Shown here piece after piece: positions 1 to 7,776 of a DNA stretch of 42,368 nucleotides. The position numbers and the translations under genes were made by a program. Origin of the DNA: a virus. Lineage: Duplodnaviria > Caudoviricetes. The notes under the pieces were generated by a model that saw only the letters and a program-made list of their open reading frames with translations, was not told the origin of the DNA and ran no database searches. Location of the stretch: positions 1 to 42,368 of the IMG/VR virus record IMGVR_UViG_3300020439_001107; one strand, written 5' to 3'. Each line of letters opens with the position of its first letter. The stretch's first letter is position 1.

Positions 1-178
1 CATTAAACCCACCAAGTATAAATGTCTTAGTAGGTTGAATGGTTTCTAAAAGGTTATCTTCGGTTGGGTCTGTATTTTCTTCTGCAATATATGCCCCAAC
101 AACAACTACTTCTTCGATTTCTTTTGCTTCTATTGTTACAGAAAACAATAGTGCAAACATTATTATTAGTATTCTCAC
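1..178 (-). CDS. 5' part of a probable TonB-dependent outer-membrane receptor (runs off the window)
   Basis: GTG at 178 directly after the TAG of the upstream gene. Reads MRILIIMFALLFSVTIEAKEIEEVVVVGAYIAEENT: a signal peptide followed by a TonB-box-like EEVVVVG. Not in the ORF track. Confidence 0.65.
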   Translation of the reverse strand, partial: MRILIIMFALLFSVTIEAKEIEEVVVVGAYIAEENTDPTEDNLLETIQPTKTFILGGFN

Positions 179-727
179 CTATGCTCCACCGACTCCTTGT
201 TGAAACCACCAAGGCATTACACGGTTTGTCCAATTAGCAAATCCCCTCTTCTCGTTGATGTAATAGATACGATATCCATCAACAGGGTCTCTGCGTTTAC
301 AATAATCTGGCATTGCCTGATAGAACTCAGTTAGTCCAGTCTTAGGACAGTTCTTAGGACATGCCTTGAGTATCTTGGCAAGTTTCTCTTCCGTAGAATG
401 TGTCTTGCCATACCGATATGTATACTCTTTACAAAGTTCCATGAAATGAGTATACAACCACTGATAATTAGCAGTGGATTCTCTGCACCAAATAGCAGAT
501 GGATGGTTGACCATCGATGCCTTATAGAGTTTGTCCTCTAAGGTAGGATGTAACCATCGTTTGAGTTTGTGACCATTCTTGTTCTTGTCATAGTATTCCT
601 CACCATCCAAAACACGGTGGGCAGTTGACAACAACTGAGCAGACTCGACAATCATCTTTACAACATGCTTGTCTATCATCCATTGTGCAGATTGCACAGG
701 GTCACGGTCTAAATGAAATATATTCAT
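179..727 (-). CDS. Pyrimidine-dimer DNA glycosylase (DenV-like family)
   Basis: MNIFHLD...[40 protein letters not shown] motifs. Confidence 0.75.
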   Translation of the reverse strand: MNIFHLDRDPVQSAQWMIDKHVVKMIVESAQLLSTAHRVLDGEEYYDKNKNGHKLKRWLHPTLEDKLYKASMVNHPSAIWCRESTANYQWLYTHFMELCKEYTYRYGKTHSTEEKLAKILKACPKNCPKTGLTEFYQAMPDYCKRRDPVDGYRIYYINEKRGFANWTNRVMPWWFQQGVGGA

Positions 728-984
728 AGTCTTGATATTCTCCCTAGGGTATCTTCGACATCACCAAATGTCAGATGCCCTAATACATCTTCGGTAATTG
801 GTGTATCATAGCATATCTCACCCTGATTGTCAAGTACCGCAATCTCCCATTTGCCACTCTCATTTCCATAAGAATAGTCATGTTGAACTACACTTGCACC
901 ATATCCATTCTCAAAAGAATAACATAGTCGCATACCACCATCCCTAACGGTTCGTTCAACAGTGAATGCTCCTTTAATCATCAT
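724..984 (-). CDS. Small phage hypothetical protein
   Basis: GGAG RBS, ATGA overlaps with neighbours, [10 protein letters not shown]...SYG...WEIAVL. Confidence 0.75.
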   Translation of the reverse strand: MMIKGAFTVERTVRDGGMRLCYSFENGYGASVVQHDYSYGNESGKWEIAVLDNQGEICYDTPITEDVLGHLTFGDVEDTLGRISRL

Positions 985-1130
985 GTATTATCTCCTTTGG
1001 TATATTTCACCTGTCCTTGTTTGTCAAACTTCCCAGGCCCTTTGGGACTAGGAAGTCTTAGATAAAGAACTAAAATACCGATGGCAATACCAACAAAACC
1101 ACCGATAAGTAAGTAATCAATCACAAGCAT
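981..1130 (-). CDS. 49-aa membrane protein (not in ORF track)
   Basis: [49 protein letters not shown]; TAATG and ATGA coupling fill the gap exactly. Confidence 0.7.
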   Translation of the reverse strand: MLVIDYLLIGGFVGIAIGILVLYLRLPSPKGPGKFDKQGQVKYTKGDNT

Positions 1131-1372
1131 TACGCACCTATTGCGATATAATATCCGTCTGCCATTACACGCATGTAAGGCGTATTACTCATTTGTTCTT
1201 TGACATACAGAGTTGAACCAGTGAAAAACTCACATGCTTCACGCATCTCTGGCAATTGATTGATATGAATTACCGTATCAATTGGGTCTTTCCAGTTCTC
1301 CATTTCGGATGTCAAAGTATTAAAAGCAGAACGCAATTCATCAATCCGTTCTTGTGTTGCAAATGTCATCAT
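1130..1372 (-). CDS. Hypothetical early protein
   Basis: AAGGAG RBS, ATGA coupling. Confidence 0.7.
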   Translation of the reverse strand: MMTFATQERIDELRSAFNTLTSEMENWKDPIDTVIHINQLPEMREACEFFTGSTLYVKEQMSNTPYMRVMADGYYIAIGA

Positions 1373-1788
1373 GCTACATTCTCCTTCATTATCGCTGCGA
1401 ATTTACCCATTCCACCTTTCCACGCATCATCGTTACCCAGTTCAAGAACAGGGTTAACCTTTTTGATGATACTCATTCGGAATTCGTAATGTTCCTTTTT
1501 GAAGTCTGCATTGAACAGAACACCATTACCAGTATCGACTCCATCAAACTCAGAGTCTACCCATTCAGAAAATGTCTGAACAGATGATGGAAACTCTTTG
1601 CAGTAGAGATTGTTCTCCATGCAAATAGATGCAACGAATGCCATAGCATCCTGCTCTCGTTCCAGACCTTCCACAAGGTAGTCAGAACCACCTTTGAATT
1701 TCCAGTACGCATTACCATTTGCGAACTTACCGTCCTCACAATGGGCGCCGTAGTTCTCTAGGTATTGGGTCATAACAACAAACTTCAT
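1369..1788 (-). CDS. Phage hypothetical protein
   Basis: GAGAGGT RBS; TQYLENYGAH...YWKFKGGSDY. Confidence 0.75.
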   Translation of the reverse strand: MKFVVMTQYLENYGAHCEDGKFANGNAYWKFKGGSDYLVEGLEREQDAMAFVASICMENNLYCKEFPSSVQTFSEWVDSEFDGVDTGNGVLFNADFKKEHYEFRMSIIKKVNPVLELGNDDAWKGGMGKFAAIMKENVA

Positions 1789-1805
1789 AATTTACCTCTC
1801 ACAGT

Positions 1806-1979
1806 TTAGTTAGTATTATACTCTCCTTTACTGAATTTGTCAAGTAAAAAATCATAGGACTTTTCACAGTATTCTTTGAAAGTAAGAGTCTCCTCTCCGT
1901 ATGCTTGTCTTTCTTTGCAGTTTTCTTTCCAGTACCACATTGCGAAATCTTTGAATTCGTCAGTGTATACTTTCGTCAT
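1806..1979 (-). CDS. Hypothetical protein (start revised to MTKVYTDEF)
   Basis: ATG at 1979 overlaps the TGA of 1976-2122; AAGGTG RBS. Confidence 0.6.
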   Translation of the reverse strand: MTKVYTDEFKDFAMWYWKENCKERQAYGEETLTFKEYCEKSYDFLLDKFSKGEYNTN

Positions 1980-2122
1980 ACCGCACCTTTTTTGACACAA
2001 GTTACATTTTGTGTATATGGTGCAACTTCTCTCGCCGCAAATACACACGCCTCTTTGGAGTTGAACTCCTGAGTCTTTATCTCACCAGTAGACAAAAACA
2101 TGAATAGAACAAATATTTCCAT
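1976..2122 (-). CDS. 48-aa protein with hydrophobic N-terminus and two Cys (not in ORF track)
   Basis: MEIFVLFMFLSTGEIKTQEFNSKEACVFAAREVAPYTQNVTCVKKGAV; GGAG RBS. Confidence 0.65.
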   Translation of the reverse strand: MEIFVLFMFLSTGEIKTQEFNSKEACVFAAREVAPYTQNVTCVKKGAV

Positions 2123-2133
2123 ACTATCTCCGT

Positions 2134-2391
2134 TTAAGCAGCCCTTGCGAGGACTGCTTCACTATCAAAGACTGAAAAGAAAAACGGTTTCTTTTCCTTC
2201 TTCCCTTCTTCATTCTCAACAGTTTTGTAACCAATCAAGGTTGCACACTTCTTGAGACCCTTCAACTTCTTACCAGACAGACCTTTCAACTTGATTGCCT
2301 GTTTGAAAGTAAGAACTGATTCGACACCACACTCAGCAAGAATTGCTTCATTCTGTCCAGTGTATTCATATCCAGTTACATAGTTTTTCAT
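2134..2391 (-). CDS. Minimal ArdC-N-like ssDNA-binding protein
   Basis: N-x-x-TG-x-x-Y-x-G-x-N...TFKQA and C-terminal FSVF resemble the ArdC N-terminal domain; GAGAGGT RBS; first gene after an early promoter. Confidence 0.5.
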   Translation of the reverse strand: MKNYVTGYEYTGQNEAILAECGVESVLTFKQAIKLKGLSGKKLKGLKKCATLIGYKTVENEEGKKEKKPFFFSVFDSEAVLARAA

Positions 2392-2415
2392 CGTTTACCT
2401 CTCAATTATGTTATT

Positions 2416-2444
2416 ATGATAACAAGTCTAGCACAAAATGTCAA
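2416..2444 (-). promoter_or_regulatory. sigma70-type early promoter TTGACA-N17-TATCAT
   Basis: -35 at 2439-2444, -10 at 2416-2421, extended TG, upstream A tract. Confidence 0.85.
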
Positions 2445-2659
2445 GCCTTTTTGGCAGAAATTTTGAACGATGCTACCTTCATATCACCAAAAGGGTCAAT
2501 GTTACCTTCCCAAATGATATCTTTCAAATCCAGATATGCAAAGTTCTGGACTTCATCCATGGAGTCACCATAGAACATCTTAGCACCTTTATTTCCATTT
2601 TCAAAGATTACTTCAAGTTCTGCTTGAAACTCACCATCAACATTCATAGGATAATTCAT
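2441..2659 (-). CDS. Hypothetical protein
   Basis: 72-aa ORF; its TGA stop lies in the -35 box of the next promoter. Confidence 0.65.
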   Translation of the reverse strand: MNYPMNVDGEFQAELEVIFENGNKGAKMFYGDSMDEVQNFAYLDLKDIIWEGNIDPFGDMKVASFKISAKKA

Positions 2660-2660
2660 C

Positions 2661-2813
2661 TTACATTCCTTCCAAAAAAATACCTAAAACACACAGTAGG
2701 GGAAACCCAAAGAAACCAATTGCTAACTCAATTGCCTGTTTCCGATACATCTTTTGTTCACGAACACTCAGTTTCCGTCCACCAACAAACTCAGCACCAA
2801 TAAATTTCAACAT
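2661..2813 (-). CDS. Small membrane protein (start revised to MLKFIGAEF)
   Basis: AAAGGA RBS before ATG at 2813; C-terminal hydrophobic helix; the longer track ORF runs through the promoter. Confidence 0.6.
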   Translation of the reverse strand: MLKFIGAEFVGGRKLSVREQKMYRKQAIELAIGFFGFPLLCVLGIFLEGM

Positions 2814-2843
2814 AATCAATTCCTTTCTCTTGACTATATAAAT

Positions 2844-2873
2844 ACTATACATCAGAAAAACATAAAATGTCAA
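2844..2873 (-). promoter_or_regulatory. sigma70-type early promoter TTGACA-N18-TATAGT
   Basis: -35 at 2868-2873, -10 at 2844-2849, A-tract UP element. Confidence 0.7.
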
Positions 2874-2917
2874 GCGTTTTTTTAATAAAAAAAGCATTTT
2901 TTTAAGATTAAAAGAGG

Positions 2918-2925
2918 TATAAATA
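2918..2925 (+). promoter_or_regulatory. T4-type late promoter TATAAATA
   Basis: Exact consensus 5 nt before ATG 2931; a second copy lies at 2837-2844. Confidence 0.8.
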
Positions 2926-2930
2926 GTATC

Positions 2931-3197
2931 ATGGCAGACGATTTATTTGATTTTGGATTTACCCTTGTAGACGAGGACGAACTAGATGCGGTGCAAACAG
3001 CAGTCGCAACTGCTAGTTCTGCGTCTTCTTCTGTTGAGGAAACTCAAGCAAAACTTGACAAACTGTTCAATGCAATACAACCATTGTTATCGAACCTAAA
3101 GGCAAACCCAGAAAAAGAATTTATCAAGTGGCCTAATAGATTAGAAAAAATAGAACAGTTTGAAGATATCATTCAAGGAATTTATTCAGGAGAATAA
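2931..3197 (+). CDS. T4-like phage hypothetical protein
   Basis: DDLFDFGFT...LLSNLKANPEKEFIKWPNR; follows a late promoter. Confidence 0.8.
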   Translation: MADDLFDFGFTLVDEDELDAVQTAVATASSASSSVEETQAKLDKLFNAIQPLLSNLKANPEKEFIKWPNRLEKIEQFEDIIQGIYSGE

Positions 3198-3199
3198 CA

Positions 3200-3463
3200 A
3201 TGGCAGTAAAAGTATTAGGCACAGAAGCAGCGATGGGAATTACCTCTGGTAATGGAAGTAACTTTGGTAATGCTTCAGTAGTCAGAGTAATTAACACCAC
3301 TGCTAACGCACATCTAGTAACAGTAGAGACATCAGCAGGTGTTGCCCTAGGAACATTCACTCTAGCAGGTGGAGCATCTGAAAAGGTACTCAAAGGCACA
3401 ACAGATGAAATCTTTGCGGCGAATGCAGGTGTCAAAGGTGTAGCAGTCGGTTTCAGCACATAG
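3200..3463 (+). CDS. Small beta-rich, possibly virion-associated protein
   Basis: AGGAG RBS; Ala/Gly/Thr/Val-rich; late operon. Confidence 0.7.
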   Translation: MAVKVLGTEAAMGITSGNGSNFGNASVVRVINTTANAHLVTVETSAGVALGTFTLAGGASEKVLKGTTDEIFAANAGVKGVAVGFST

Positions 3464-3472
3464 GGTAAAAAC

Positions 3473-4261
3473 ATGTTACTATTCAAAGGTCACCCAGAGT
3501 CCGTAGGGAAGACTCAAAGAAAATATAAAGCAATCCCTATGGCAAAGAAACAAGAGATTGTAGAAGAACTGCGTGAAGGTATGCATGGATACAAAGGTTA
3601 CGAAATGCGTGGCAGGGAAATTACTGGACTGTTTATGGATGCAGTACAGATTCATGCATTTCTCACTCTCATGAACTATAAGAGAATTCTTGTTGTTACA
3701 TCATATGAAGATTCAAAGTATGGTGCATTAACTCAAAACAACTTCTTCCCAATAGGTCATGCAGGTGACCATATGTTACCACTAGTGCATCACTTCAATG
3801 AATCAGATGCGAAGATGTATGTTACTAAGGTAAAGAATGGTGACTCAATTTTCTCAGAACTATATGACAAGTTTGAAATCCCATCCGTAAATGTAGACTC
3901 ATACTACACTCTAGGTTCAAAGTTCAAAACCAAAACCAATGTTAAGTTTGATGCAGTAGTTCTTCTAGGAAGTAACGGCACAAAGAAAGGTTCATATCAA
4001 GCAAACAAAATCAAAGAAGAGTTTGCTCCATATTGTAAAGAAGACTTTGACCTAATTGATATATACAGAGGTTTTGCAAATACTAGTGGTTCTCCACATA
4101 GAAGTCTAAAAGGTAATCAAGTAAAAGTTGACGAAATGATGGGACATCGACACGGATATAAAACAGTGATAACTCTCAGACCTTGGGATTTTGCTAATGA
4201 TATTCTTTTTGTGAGAGCAAGAGATAACTTAGCATGGAATAAATATATGAGGATATTTTAA
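3473..4261 (+). CDS. Hypothetical protein, paralog of 4261-5142
   Basis: 262-aa ORF; shares the (F/Y)D-x-x-x-L-x-G ... F-x-x-Y ... L-x-D pattern with the next gene. Confidence 0.75.
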   Translation: MLLFKGHPESVGKTQRKYKAIPMAKKQEIVEELREGMHGYKGYEMRGREITGLFMDAVQIHAFLTLMNYKRILVVTSYEDSKYGALTQNNFFPIGHAGDHMLPLVHHFNESDAKMYVTKVKNGDSIFSELYDKFEIPSVNVDSYYTLGSKFKTKTNVKFDAVVLLGSNGTKKGSYQANKIKEEFAPYCKEDFDLIDIYRGFANTSGSPHRSLKGNQVKVDEMMGHRHGYKTVITLRPWDFANDILFVRARDNLAWNKYMRIF

Positions 4262-5142
4262 TGACTAATGAAGAATTTTTAATAGTAGAAAGAAAGGGTG
4301 ATGTAGCAGACCAATATGAGTGTCGGTTAATCACAAGAAAGTCTTTCTTAAATATTATTGCATCAATTCAACTTGCAACAAAAAACTATTTCGAAGGTAA
4401 TGGTTCTGAATCATCTTTAGCACCCAACGAAGAGAATGTTAAGGCATCATTGCTCCGTCACATCACTAGTGGTTGTGTTCTATCTAATGTAGTAGAGCAT
4501 TTCGATAAGACAGAATGTTTACTTGTTCCTAACTGGAACGAATCAGACCACACATCTCTTTTTGTAGATGACTCTGCACCTGAACCAATGAGTAAATCTA
4601 ATATTGGTGGAATGATGGCGCCTATTGTTGCTAAGTATTTCAACACTAAAACTAATTGGACTGTTGCATTACCATCTGGTAATAGTCTCTTCAAGAGTTT
4701 ATATGGACATTTTGGTGTTGAAGTAATAGAGTGTAATAAGCAATATACTATGGCAACAAATGACTGGACATGTACACCACCTGCTAATACTCAATATGAT
4801 TGTTTAGCATTATATGGTATTAGTACAGAAGGTAACACTTACACTGCTTCAGATGTCAAAGGTGATTTCTCTGATTACATTACTGCGGATTGTAAACTTC
4901 TAGATTATAATGAAGACCATGCAGTAAGAGAAAAACTATATGAAGGTAAAACAGTAGCACAGGCAAGAGCAGAAGGTGTTGATGTTGCAACAAGAATTAG
5001 TGATACCCCAGATAATTTAGATACTATTCTAAACTTCTCAAACACTAATACTATTCCTACAAATCATCACAATAACACTAAGTTTGCAGCCTTACTATCG
5101 AAAGTATTACCATCACAACAACAATCATTTAAGGCATACTAA
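4261..5142 (+). CDS. Hypothetical protein, paralog of 3473-4261
   Basis: 293-aa ORF, TAATG coupling at both ends. Confidence 0.75.
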   Translation: MTNEEFLIVERKGDVADQYECRLITRKSFLNIIASIQLATKNYFEGNGSESSLAPNEENVKASLLRHITSGCVLSNVVEHFDKTECLLVPNWNESDHTSLFVDDSAPEPMSKSNIGGMMAPIVAKYFNTKTNWTVALPSGNSLFKSLYGHFGVEVIECNKQYTMATNDWTCTPPANTQYDCLALYGISTEGNTYTASDVKGDFSDYITADCKLLDYNEDHAVREKLYEGKTVAQARAEGVDVATRISDTPDNLDTILNFSNTNTIPTNHHNNTKFAALLSKVLPSQQQSFKAY

Positions 5143-5819
5143 TGTTATCTTTCCAACAGTTTGTAGAAGGTGTTAATGACCCTGCAATCTTCAAGGCAAT
5201 ATTCCTTGCAGGTGGGCCTGGGTCTGGTAAATCTTTTATTGTTGGTAAAACTGGTCTAACCAGTATGGGATATAAGGTAGTCAACTCTGACGATGCCTTT
5301 GAAAACTCTCTCAAGAAAGCAGGAATGACAATGACTCCTGACGATATCTTCTCAGTTAAAGGACAGGAGATTCGTGGTAAAGCAAAAAGACTTACTGCTA
5401 AAAAGCAAGAACGCTACCTGACAGGTCGATTAGGAATAGTAGTAGATGGTACTGGAAAAGACTTTCAAAAAATATCGAAACAAGTTCGGTCAGTTCAGGC
5501 ATTGGGTTATGATACTGCTATGATATTTGTTAACACTGATTTAGAAACTGCGGTTAGAAGAGATGCAGAAAGGTCTAGAACTCTGGGTAGAGAAGAAGTA
5601 ACCAAGATGTGGAAAACTGTACAAAGTAATATTGGTGCTTTCCAGAGAATGTTTGGAAAACCAAATATGTTGATTGTTGATAACTCAGACGGTAAGAACT
5701 ACGAAAAAGAAACTGTCCGTGCTTACAGAGATGCGATGAAATTTACGAAGAAACCACCACAGTCTCAGAAAGCACAGAACTGGATTAAGCAAGAAAAACA
5801 GAAAGCAAAAAGAACCTAG
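5142..5819 (+). CDS. Zeta-toxin-like P-loop kinase with capsid-targeting-like N-terminus
   Basis: Walker A GGPGSGKS, VNSDD, IVVDGT, DNS; starts MLSFQQFVE. Confidence 0.75.
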   Translation: MLSFQQFVEGVNDPAIFKAIFLAGGPGSGKSFIVGKTGLTSMGYKVVNSDDAFENSLKKAGMTMTPDDIFSVKGQEIRGKAKRLTAKKQERYLTGRLGIVVDGTGKDFQKISKQVRSVQALGYDTAMIFVNTDLETAVRRDAERSRTLGREEVTKMWKTVQSNIGAFQRMFGKPNMLIVDNSDGKNYEKETVRAYRDAMKFTKKPPQSQKAQNWIKQEKQKAKRT

Positions 5820-6004
5820 GGTTCATTTGGTGCATTCAATCCTTGAGAGATTATTAGTTGTTCTAACTTAGAAACTCTCTCCTCTAAGTCCTCAATACAA
5901 ATTTTACTTTGCTCGACAACCTCTTCGGTTGAGGGTCTCCTATTCTTTTCGTTTGCTTCACGAATCTTTCGACCCATGTAGTCCCAATAAGATTCTCTTG
6001 CCAT
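5816..6004 (-). CDS. Hypothetical protein
   Basis: MARESYWDYMGRKI, short coiled coil; TAATG coupling. Confidence 0.65.
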   Translation of the reverse strand: MARESYWDYMGRKIREANEKNRRPSTEEVVEQSKICIEDLEERVSKLEQLIISQGLNAPNEP

Positions 6005-6207
6005 TAGAAATACTTGTTATAAAAATCTTGACCTACTAGTGCGATAACAACTACACCAGTAATACCTGCGATGAATCCTGCACCGAATACGGATGCGACT
6101 AGATTAACAACACCAACTGCCATGGCAACTTCCGTTTGGACTAGTTCCCAAGTAGTTTGGATGTACTCATTTACTAATACTAATTTATCTTTGATATATT
6201 CTAACAT
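6004..6207 (-). CDS. Small membrane protein
   Basis: Long hydrophobic segment; GAGGAG RBS. Confidence 0.65.
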   Translation of the reverse strand: MLEYIKDKLVLVNEYIQTTWELVQTEVAMAVGVVNLVASVFGAGFIAGITGVVVIALVGQDFYNKYF

Positions 6208-6210
6208 ATA

Positions 6211-6426
6211 TTACTCCTCTGCGTAAACGATTTTACTTTCTTCAACAACGACTAGTTTATCGTCATCTACAAAGTTATTTATCGTTTTATAGTATTTGAT
6301 ATCACTCTCTGAGAGCATATCGAAGGTAAAACCTTCATTCATTTTGAAGATACGATAGTTATTATCGTCTTCTGGAATCTCTGGGTATTCTCTGCGTAAT
6401 ACTTCCAGTCCTTCTTGTCGTGTCAT
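6211..6426 (-). CDS. Hypothetical protein (start revised to MTRQEGL)
   Basis: GAGGAG RBS before ATG 6426; the track start lies inside the tRNA. Confidence 0.65.
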   Translation of the reverse strand: MTRQEGLEVLRREYPEIPEDDNNYRIFKMNEGFTFDMLSESDIKYYKTINNFVDDDKLVVVEESKIVYAEE

Positions 6427-6443
6427 TTTTGACTCCTCTTGAT

Positions 6444-6520
6444 TGGCGCACATGGCAAGACTCGAACTTGCAACCTACAGTTTAGAAGACTGTTGCTCTA
6501 TCCAGTTGAGCTACATGTGC
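6444..6520 (-). tRNA. tRNA-Arg(TCT)
   Basis: GCACATG acceptor stem, TAGCTCAACTGGATAGAGC D arm, ACAGT-CTTCTAA-ACTGT anticodon arm, GTTCGAGTC T loop, encoded CCA; 77 nt. Confidence 0.95.
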
Positions 6521-6529
6521 ATGATACTT

Positions 6530-6559
6530 CTTATAGCACAATGCTACATGTTTTGTCAA
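6530..6559 (-). promoter_or_regulatory. sigma70-type promoter for the tRNA, TTGACA-N18-TATAAG
   Basis: -35 at 6554-6559, extended TG, 9 nt upstream of the tRNA 5' end. Confidence 0.6.
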
Positions 6560-7185
6560 CTCTTTTTTACAACAATCTCCACATTTTTTCCGACAGGTAT
6601 CTTGATATTGTCATGCACATGATGCAATACAAATTTGGTATGTGGAAACTCCTTGAACATGTTTGTCCAGATTGGTCTCCAGTTTCCTGCAAGTCTCACA
6701 GTATTTTGTGTTCCTCTGTCTGATTCTAATAACAAGTCAGTAAAACTAGTCAAGTCCATATCAAAGATACTATCAAATCCATATAGGTGAACTTCATCTG
6801 CTCCCATTTTATTACATGCAAAATGGGTTGCCATATGTCCACAATTAAAATTAGTGTGTGCTTGGATTGTTCCATCCCCACCCACATCAGCATACTTAGG
6901 TACATGGGTATAGAAACCTTTTATCAAGTGACTATATTTCATGTAAAATGTTCCTTGTTGTTCCATCCATGCTTTTGGACGATTACCAAGAATCCAATCA
7001 TACATATCTAATCTGATATGTCCTTCCTGTAGTGCCTTCATCATTTTGAAGTCAACCATACAGGTAGCATACACCTCATTTCTAGGTATTTCGAAAGGTG
7101 GCATATTACAGATAAGTAATTTGCCTTCTGTTCCTCTTTCGTAGATACCTGTCTGAGGCCCATTGCCTAAGATGTTTACTCTCAT
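6556..7185 (-). CDS. GT29/MAF(DUF115)-like putative transferase
   Basis: VNILGNGP and G-x-x-A...GADEVHLYGFD motifs of the sialyltransferase/MptE-like fold. Confidence 0.55.
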   Translation of the reverse strand: MRVNILGNGPQTGIYERGTEGKLLICNMPPFEIPRNEVYATCMVDFKMMKALQEGHIRLDMYDWILGNRPKAWMEQQGTFYMKYSHLIKGFYTHVPKYADVGGDGTIQAHTNFNCGHMATHFACNKMGADEVHLYGFDSIFDMDLTSFTDLLLESDRGTQNTVRLAGNWRPIWTNMFKEFPHTKFVLHHVHDNIKIPVGKNVEIVVKKS

Positions 7186-7551
7186 TTATCTTTTGCCACC
7201 AAAGTATTCTTTTGCGTGACCCTTCTCAACGAGATATTGATTTAGAGATTTATCACCAAACTCTCCTGCCGACCAAATCTCACCTAGGATTCTACCGTAC
7301 TTACCAGTAGCATCATAAGTCTTAGTCTTCAGAATTGCAGGTTCACCCTCTTTACAAAAGTTCTTACAAAATTCTTTTGCTTCTAGACCTTTTGCTTTTT
7401 CTTCTTTGTCACGAGTGCGTGACTCCCATGCGTCAATACCATATAGTCTTACTCGTTGTTTCTTGAGAACAACATCGAATCCTAAATCGATATCAACATC
7501 AACTGTATCACCATCAACCCAACGGTCAATGGTACATTTATATTCGTACAT
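7186..7551 (-). CDS. Thermonuclease (SNase) family nuclease
   Basis: VDGDTVD, RVRLYGIDAWE, GKYGRILG. Confidence 0.85.
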   Translation of the reverse strand: MYEYKCTIDRWVDGDTVDVDIDLGFDVVLKKQRVRLYGIDAWESRTRDKEEKAKGLEAKEFCKNFCKEGEPAILKTKTYDATGKYGRILGEIWSAGEFGDKSLNQYLVEKGHAKEYFGGKR

Positions 7552-7776
7552 TTACTTACCGTGTCTTTGTTCAAACCCATGTCCAAAGTGGTCATGGAGA
7601 AATTTTAGTTTATCTTCTGCGTCAACTGCCTTGGTTATTTCCATTTCAATTGCCCCAATGATATCTGGATGTTCTCCGATACCTGCACTATTCTTAGTGT
7701 AGACTTCAACATTTGCTTTCGCAACTGCGATGTCACCTTCTAATTTAGTGCAAAGTGCTTCTAATAAAACATTCAT
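7552..7776 (-). CDS. Phage hypothetical protein
   Basis: AKANVEVY...GIGEHPDII; GGAG RBS. Confidence 0.7.
   Translation of the reverse strand: MNVLLEALCTKLEGDIAVAKANVEVYTKNSAGIGEHPDIIGAIEMEITKAVDAEDKLKFLHDHFGHGFEQRHGK

Noticed and set aside
6510-6551. 9-bp direct repeat GCTACATGT in the tRNA 5' part and promoter spacer, considered as an att site
   Set aside because: It is too short, lies at the wrong end of the tRNA, and there is no integrase in the window.
6439-6723. Plus-strand 94-aa ORF
   Set aside because: It is the antisense reading of the tRNA, its promoter and a real gene.
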